From NCBI GenBank assembly GCA_039589195.1, contig JBDHHV010000019.1, positions 1,323 to 65,322 of the forward strand: 64,000 nucleotides of DNA, written 5' to 3'. Origin of the DNA: Gemmatimonadota bacterium (GTDB lineage: Bacteria > Gemmatimonadota > Gemmatimonadetes > Palauibacterales > Palauibacteraceae). Below are positions 59,909 to 64,000 of this stretch, piece by piece; the first letter of the stretch is position 1, and each line of letters begins with the position of its first letter. Position numbers and translations under genes: made by a program. Below the pieces are notes generated by a model. The model did not search any database. It was not told where the DNA came from and saw nothing but the letters and a program-made list of their open reading frames with translations.

Positions 59909-60883
59909 TCAGTAAGCGAGCAACCAGCGGGTGGCGGTGACGATGTCCTCCACCTGTGGCAGGTAGTAGTCCTCCAACGGAGGCGAATACGGAACCGGTG
60001 TGTCCAGCGCCGTGACCCGCCGGATCGGAGCATCCAGCCACTCGAACGCCTGTTCGCAGATCTGGGCGGTGACTTCGCCAGCGAACCCGCCGAAGCGTGG
60101 CGCCTCATGAACGATCAGGACGCGCCCCGTCTTCCGTGTGCTCGCCAGGATCGCGTCGATGTCCAGGGGACGCAGCGTCCGCAGATCGATGACTTCGGCC
60201 TCGGCGCCGTCCTCCTCCGCGATCCGTGTCGCGGCCTCCTCCGCCTTGTACACCATCGCCCCGTACGTAACGATCGTCAGGTCGTCTCCGGGGCGATGAG
60301 TGCGCGCCACGCCGAGTGGGACGAGGATATCGACTTCCTCGGGCAAATCCTCCTTCACCCGGCGGTACAGGTACTTGTGCTCGAAATAGAGCACCGGATC
60401 AGGGTCACGGATCGCGGCTCTCAGCAGACCCTTCGCGTCGTACGCGGTCGACGGGGCCACCATCTTCAGCCCCGCGACGTTGGCGAAATACGACTCGACG
60501 TTCTGCGAGTGGAACGGTCCCGCTCGTGCGCCACCGCCACACGGCCCCCGAATCACGAAGCCGGCGCCCACACCCGTACGATAACGGACCTTGGCCGCGA
60601 AGTTCACGATCATGTCGAACGCCGGCGCGATGAAGTCGATGAACTGCATCTCGACCACCGGTCTCAACCCCATGTGTGCCGCCCCGATGGCCGCCCCGAC
60701 GATCGCGGCCTCGCTGATCGGCGTGTCGATGACACGATCCGACCCGAACTCCTCCAGAAACCCTTCCGTGATCTTGAAGGCCCCGCCGTACGCGCCCACG
60801 TCCTCGCCCATGATGAAGACCGATTCATCGATCTGCATCTCCTCCCACAGAGCTTCGCGGATCGCCTCGAGGTAGGTGGTCAT
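59909..60883 (-). CDS. 2-oxoacid dehydrogenase E1 component, beta subunit
   Basis: MTTYLEAIREAL...VFIMGEDVGAYGGAFKIT... Confidence 0.9.
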   Translation of the reverse strand: MTTYLEAIREALWEEMQIDESVFIMGEDVGAYGGAFKITEGFLEEFGSDRVIDTPISEAAIVGAAIGAAHMGLRPVVEMQFIDFIAPAFDMIVNFAAKVRYRTGVGAGFVIRGPCGGGARAGPFHSQNVESYFANVAGLKMVAPSTAYDAKGLLRAAIRDPDPVLYFEHKYLYRRVKEDLPEEVDILVPLGVARTHRPGDDLTIVTYGAMVYKAEEAATRIAEEDGAEAEVIDLRTLRPLDIDAILASTRKTGRVLIVHEAPRFGGFAGEVTAQICEQAFEWLDAPIRRVTALDTPVPYSPPLEDYYLPQVEDIVTATRWLLAY

Positions 60884-61980
60884 TTCGTGGGTCGTTCCCC
60901 GGTCCCAGCGGCCGGCGGGGCGCTCGAGGCCCCGGTCTGGAGGGGCGCGCGGGACAGGTCCTCGTATCCGACCGGGTCGACCCTGGTCCAGGGAAGGTGC
61001 TCGGAGACCGGTTCCGCGTACACACGCGTACACGCATCGGTGGGAGAGGGCATCGGGTGGGCAAGCGCGTCCTCCATCGCACGATCCAATTCCCCATCCA
61101 CGTCATCGCGGAGCGCCGACAGACTCGGCCCCGTCTCGAAGTCGTGCTCGAGCAGATAGCGCTCGAAGCCCTCGATCGGATCTCGCTTGCGCCACCTCTC
61201 GAGCTCGGTCTCGGGCACATAGACCTGGGGATCATGCTGCGCGTGGCCAAGCATGCGGAACGTTTCGGCAACGAGAATCGTGGGTCCGCCGCCGCCCCGC
61301 GCGCGGGCGACTGCCTCTACCGCCGCGTCGTACACGGCCAAGACGTCGTTTCCATCCACGCCGATCGCCGGCACACCGTATGCCTTGGCCACGTCGGACC
61401 AGCTCTCCACGGCGGCCTGGGCCGAAGAGCGCGTGGAGAAGGACCAACGGTTGTGCTCCAGTACGACCACCATCGGGAGACGCTGGGCGGCAGCGAACGC
61501 GAAGCCTTCGTGCGAGGCTCCCGTTCGAGTGGCCCCTTCCCCCTGGTAGGTCATGCATACGTGAGGCTCGCCGCGCATGCGGAAGGCGAGCGCGACCCCG
61601 TTCAGCGCGCAGAGTTGGGTGCCGAGCGAGCTGACCGGCCCGAGCAGGCCCAGGTCGGGTAGAGTGGCCTGGTTCGTCCCGTCCCTGCCCTCGGCGACGG
61701 AGCCGGTCCTGCCGGTGTACTGCAGAAACACGTCGCGAATGGGGAACCCCCGCACCAACAGGGCCCCGAGGTCCCGAAACGAGGGAGCGAGCCAGTCGCC
61801 ATCCCCCAACGCGAAGGCGCTGCCGACCGGTGTGGCCTCCTGGCCGAGGCTCCGGTACAGGCTCCCGAGCACCTCTCCCTGTTTGAGCAGGCGCTCGAGT
61901 CGCTCCTCGAGACCCCTCGTGAGGAGCATGAAGCGAAGCAGATTCCGAAGATCGCTCGCAGTCAGAGACCGGTCAGACAT
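60880..61980 (-). CDS. 2-oxoacid dehydrogenase E1 component, alpha subunit (TPP-binding)
   Basis: ...YRSLGQEA...GDG...N TPP motif region. Start at the internal Met, MSDRSL. ATGA overlap with E1beta. Confidence 0.85.
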   Translation of the reverse strand: MSDRSLTASDLRNLLRFMLLTRGLEERLERLLKQGEVLGSLYRSLGQEATPVGSAFALGDGDWLAPSFRDLGALLVRGFPIRDVFLQYTGRTGSVAEGRDGTNQATLPDLGLLGPVSSLGTQLCALNGVALAFRMRGEPHVCMTYQGEGATRTGASHEGFAFAAAQRLPMVVVLEHNRWSFSTRSSAQAAVESWSDVAKAYGVPAIGVDGNDVLAVYDAAVEAVARARGGGGPTILVAETFRMLGHAQHDPQVYVPETELERWRKRDPIEGFERYLLEHDFETGPSLSALRDDVDGELDRAMEDALAHPMPSPTDACTRVYAEPVSEHLPWTRVDPVGYEDLSRAPLQTGASSAPPAAGTGERPTK

Positions 61981-62117
61981 CCCGCTCCCGCGCCGAGGTC
62001 GTGATCCGTGGTTGATCCACGCGCGCGACCCGTGAAAGCGGCTCAGCGACCTGCGTGGTTTGGACGGCAAGAATAGGGGCGACCCGTGGTCGCAGCAACC
62101 ACAACGCGTTTGGCGCT

Positions 62118-63209
62118 TTACGTCAACGTAAAGGGAAGAGCTCGCACCTGCACATCCGCGGGGGCACCCGCCTCGCGAGAGAGAGCCTGCCCCGGCTCGA
62201 CCTCGCGTCGCGCATAGCCGAGCGCGATCGCTCCGAAGCGGGGCGAGATCACGGCCGTGCGGGTCTCGGCGACGCTTCGCTCACCGAGGAACAACGGGGA
62301 GTCGGGCGCGAACGACTCGGCCGGGTCACCGCTCAGGAAGCCGACGAGCCGTCGGTTCACGTGCCCCCGATAGTGGATGCGCGCGACGACTTCCTGCCCG
62401 GTGTAGCATCCCTTGTCGAAGTGCACGGCCCGCGCCGCCTGGCCGGTCTCCTGCGGGAGGCTGTCCGCCGTGATCTCCCGCCCATACACGGGCACTCCAC
62501 GCTCCACACGCAGGATCTCCCATACCGCACGGCTCACCGGGAGTCCGCCGAGTGCCTGAACCGTCTCCCTCAGCGCCGCCCGGACCGATAAGACCGCCGA
62601 GGCCGGCACGTACAGATCGAAGCCGGGGCCTTCCACGGCTTCGCGTCGCACCAGGAGAAGGGGTGCGCCGACGGGGTCTTCCGAGCCGGTGCCCGAAGAG
62701 TGTACGCGCACTGCCTGCAGGTCTTCGAGCTCGCCGGGTGAAGGTGCTTCGATTCGCCAGCCCTCCGTGTCGCTAATGCTCTCCGCGGCCCGGGAGGCGA
62801 GCGGCCCGACGACGCTTAGCCGAGCCATGTCCGTGGTAGCGAAGCGAGCGTATAGGGGCGGCACGTACTTGCCGAGATGCGCGAGCAGCGATTCCGCGCA
62901 TGCGGTGGGAGCGTCGAGCCATACATCTCCCGAGGACTCCGGCCGGGCGGTTTCTTCGGAGGACGTAACCCCAGGGGTGATCCGCATCTCGGCCACCGCC
63001 CGCCCCTTGGGAGTCAACATGAACGCGTACACGCTCATGCCTTCCACGATGGGCCCGAGCGCGTTCGTGACCAGCCCATCGATCATTCCGCGGGCACGGT
63101 CGCCCGTGACCTCGATGACCACCCGATCGGGCTCGTCGACGAGCCCGACACGCTCGGTCAGCGCCTCGTACTCGGCGTGGGCTCCACCAGGAAGGGGGTC
63201 GTCAGTCAC
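62118..63209 (-). CDS. YgfZ/CAF17-type folate-binding protein (GcvT-like fold)
   Basis: Signature HFDKGCYTGQEVVARIHYRG. Confidence 0.75.
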   Translation of the reverse strand: MTDDPLPGGAHAEYEALTERVGLVDEPDRVVIEVTGDRARGMIDGLVTNALGPIVEGMSVYAFMLTPKGRAVAEMRITPGVTSSEETARPESSGDVWLDAPTACAESLLAHLGKYVPPLYARFATTDMARLSVVGPLASRAAESISDTEGWRIEAPSPGELEDLQAVRVHSSGTGSEDPVGAPLLLVRREAVEGPGFDLYVPASAVLSVRAALRETVQALGGLPVSRAVWEILRVERGVPVYGREITADSLPQETGQAARAVHFDKGCYTGQEVVARIHYRGHVNRRLVGFLSGDPAESFAPDSPLFLGERSVAETRTAVISPRFGAIALGYARREVEPGQALSREAGAPADVQVRALPFTLT

Positions 63210-63383
63210 CCGGATTCCTCCTCTGACATCTCGACCTCGCCTCGACCTCCGCGAGGTCCGCTACAACGAAAAAGCCCCCGGGGTACGCGTCCCCGGGGGC
63301 CTTCTCCGCTCGACAGAGCGGCGAGTTCGGCCTGATGTCAGCTTATCGACCCGCGCTCTCGCTCGCGCGAGCCGCGATACGCC

Positions 63384-64000
63384 CTAGTTGCCCGAGCCGT
63401 CGTCGATGCCGGCCCACTCGAGGACGAACGTGACGCGGCGATTCTCGATGCCGCTCTGAGCGTCCACGGCGCCGGTCTCGCCAGGCTTGACCTGTCGGGC
63501 CTCACCGTAAGCCGCGACCTCGACGTTGTCCTCGGTCATGCCCTGCCCGACCAGGTAGGACCGGACATTCTGCGCCCGCCGGCGCGAGAGCCCGATGTTG
63601 TAAGCGGAGCTCCCTGCCGCGTCCGCGAACCCTTCGACCGTGACCTTGGCGTTGGGGAAGTTGCCCATCACGGATGCCGCGAACCCGTCCAGGATACCCT
63701 GGTCAACCGGTCGCACGGCGTCGCTGTTGAAGTCGAAGTGCACCGGCAGCGACACCTCGAGACCGCAAGGGCAATGGAGGCTCTCGTCGTTGATGTGGCT
63801 GTTGACGGTTCCTCCGAGCTGATTGACGGTCTGCTCGAGCTGACCCACCCGGTTCTGCAGGGCGGCAACATCGGATTCGAGCGTCGTGATCCGCGTGTCG
63901 TGATCCGCGAGCTCCGCGTTCACCGGGTCCAGAAGCCCGTCAAGCTCCCACTGATGGACGAGGTGCGTGCAACCTCCCATGGTGCCCGCGAGGAGCGCAG
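63384..64000 (-). CDS. OmpA-family protein (coiled-coil plus OmpA C-terminal-like domain). The N-terminus runs off the window end
   Basis: ...FDFNSDAVRPVDQGILDGFA...VEGFADAAGSSAYNIGLSRRRAQNV... The frame stays open upstream of the ATG at 63978-63980 (…LLAGTMGGC, lipobox-like). Confidence 0.75.
   Translation of the reverse strand, partial: ALLAGTMGGCTHLVHQWELDGLLDPVNAELADHDTRITTLESDVAALQNRVGQLEQTVNQLGGTVNSHINDESLHCPCGLEVSLPVHFDFNSDAVRPVDQGILDGFAASVMGNFPNAKVTVEGFADAAGSSAYNIGLSRRRAQNVRSYLVGQGMTEDNVEVAAYGEARQVKPGETGAVDAQSGIENRRVTFVLEWAGIDDGSGN

Overview
This window is a high-GC (about 68-70%) bacterial chromosomal segment centred on the replication-origin neighbourhood. dnaN and dnaA lie on the minus strand and face a divergent rpmH-rnpA-yidD-yidC cluster, followed by mnmE, mnmG and parA-parB. 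Upstream of that block, in coordinate order, are:
- a partial DNA polymerase I gene (it runs off the window start, so the ORF track omits it)
- a cspA-like cold-shock gene with its own terminator
- a TPR-rich soluble lytic transglycosylase
- a TonB-dependent receptor whose frame is broken once
- exbB
- a six-gene peptide ABC transporter operon (two family-5 binding proteins, two permeases, two ATPases)
- a glycine-cleavage operon, gcvH-gcvPA-(MBL hydrolase)-gcvPB-(lipoate ligase-like), with no gcvT
- a LiaF-like DUF1707 gene, dapF, mutY, an MBL hydrolase, a NUDIX gene and a Yip1-like membrane protein.

Downstream of the origin block are:
- a bactofilin gene directly coupled to an M23 peptidase gene and to parAB
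- a Ca/Na antiporter
- an AbrB-type/PIN VapBC-like pair
- sdhCAB (cytochrome b558 type)
- a large secreted repeat-containing beta-lactamase-family hydrolase locus that is interrupted by a frameshift and an in-frame TAG
- a beta-propeller lipoprotein, a DUF1015 protein, a Ser/Thr kinase, a HAD-IIA hydrolase, OsmC and a methyltransferase
- an E1alpha-E1beta-E2 2-oxoacid dehydrogenase operon, a YgfZ-like folate-binding protein, and a partial OmpA-family gene at the window end.

The most unusual items are:
- a free-standing LAGLIDADG-like endonuclease ORF preceded by tandem 26-bp repeats, each with a palindromic core, that duplicate its own start codon
- a roughly 230-nt structured non-coding element with a terminator upstream of dapF that carries a perfect 14-nt complement of the 16S 3' end
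- an Fpg/Nei homologue lacking the catalytic Pro2 (Ile2 instead)
- a candidate oriC (AT-rich tract plus DnaA-box-like 9-mers) between dnaA and dnaN
- a second cluster of DnaA-box-like motifs downstream of the bactofilin gene.

No rRNA, tRNA, CRISPR array or obvious mobile element was found by eye. Many long ORFs in the track are antisense artefacts of the high GC content.
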